Source of the DNA: a virus | Taxonomy: Duplodnaviria > Heunggongvirae > Uroviricota > Caudoviricetes | Direction: 5' to 3' (one strand) | Length of the DNA: 7,889 nt | Virus record (IMG/VR): IMGVR_UViG_3300010283_000069 | Shown here: positions 7,728 to 7,889 of the stretch, in pieces | Layout of the letters: every line of letters begins with the position of its first letter | How positions within the stretch are numbered: position 1 is the first letter of the stretch | Notes under the pieces: generated by a model | Seen by the model: the letters and a program-made list of their open reading frames with translations, nothing else | Database searches by the model: none | What the model was told of the DNA's origin: nothing | Translations under genes and position numbers: made by a program

Positions 7728-7889
7728 TTCTCGCCTGAACTATCTTTTACATACCCGGATTGTGGGGATGTAAATCACGGTTTCATTATCAAGCCCACCC
7801 GTAGATGGGCTTTGTAATGGATAGCTGTTGCTCAGTTCTCGTAATGCTTTGATTTTTCCGATAACGCAGTTTTGCGTTTGCCATCAGCA

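Noticed and set aside
7469-7889. tRNA gene in the ORF-free region
   Set aside because: No T-loop consensus (GGTTCGAATCC and variants) and no cloverleaf-compatible acceptor/T-arm pairing seen on either strand by eye. A tRNAscan run would be definitive.
1-7889. CRISPR array, insertion sequence, integrase or att site, or defence-system genes
   Set aside because: No direct-repeat/spacer periodicity, no transposase- or integrase-like ORFs and no long terminal inverted repeats. The whole window is accounted for by the structural gene block plus one short apparently non-coding stretch.

Overview
This window is the head-assembly and DNA-packaging block of a P22-like (lambdoid podovirus) phage or prophage, with every gene on the minus strand. 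Reading 5'->3' on the minus strand (high to low coordinates) the order is: an 80-aa hypothetical protein, a possible 23-aa mini-ORF, terminase small subunit (162 aa), terminase large subunit (499 aa, GTG start), portal (721 aa), scaffolding protein (303 aa), coat protein (431 aa), a stem-loop terminator, a 74-aa small basic protein, a gp4-like head-completion protein (166 aa) and the first 15 codons of a gp10-like protein running off the window start. Gene order, protein lengths and tight stop/start junctions match the P22 late operon; the family assignments come from my recollection of P22 proteins, not from a database search. The plus-strand ORFs in the track are antisense to these genes and are treated as artefacts. 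The points most worth a second look are a diverged pac-like sequence inside terS, the terminator directly after the coat gene, the unlisted mini-ORF upstream of terS, and about 320-420 bp upstream of the 80-aa gene (7469-7889) with no convincing ORF but several hairpins and a perfect 8-2-8 inverted repeat. I see no defence system, CRISPR array, tRNA or insertion element in this window.
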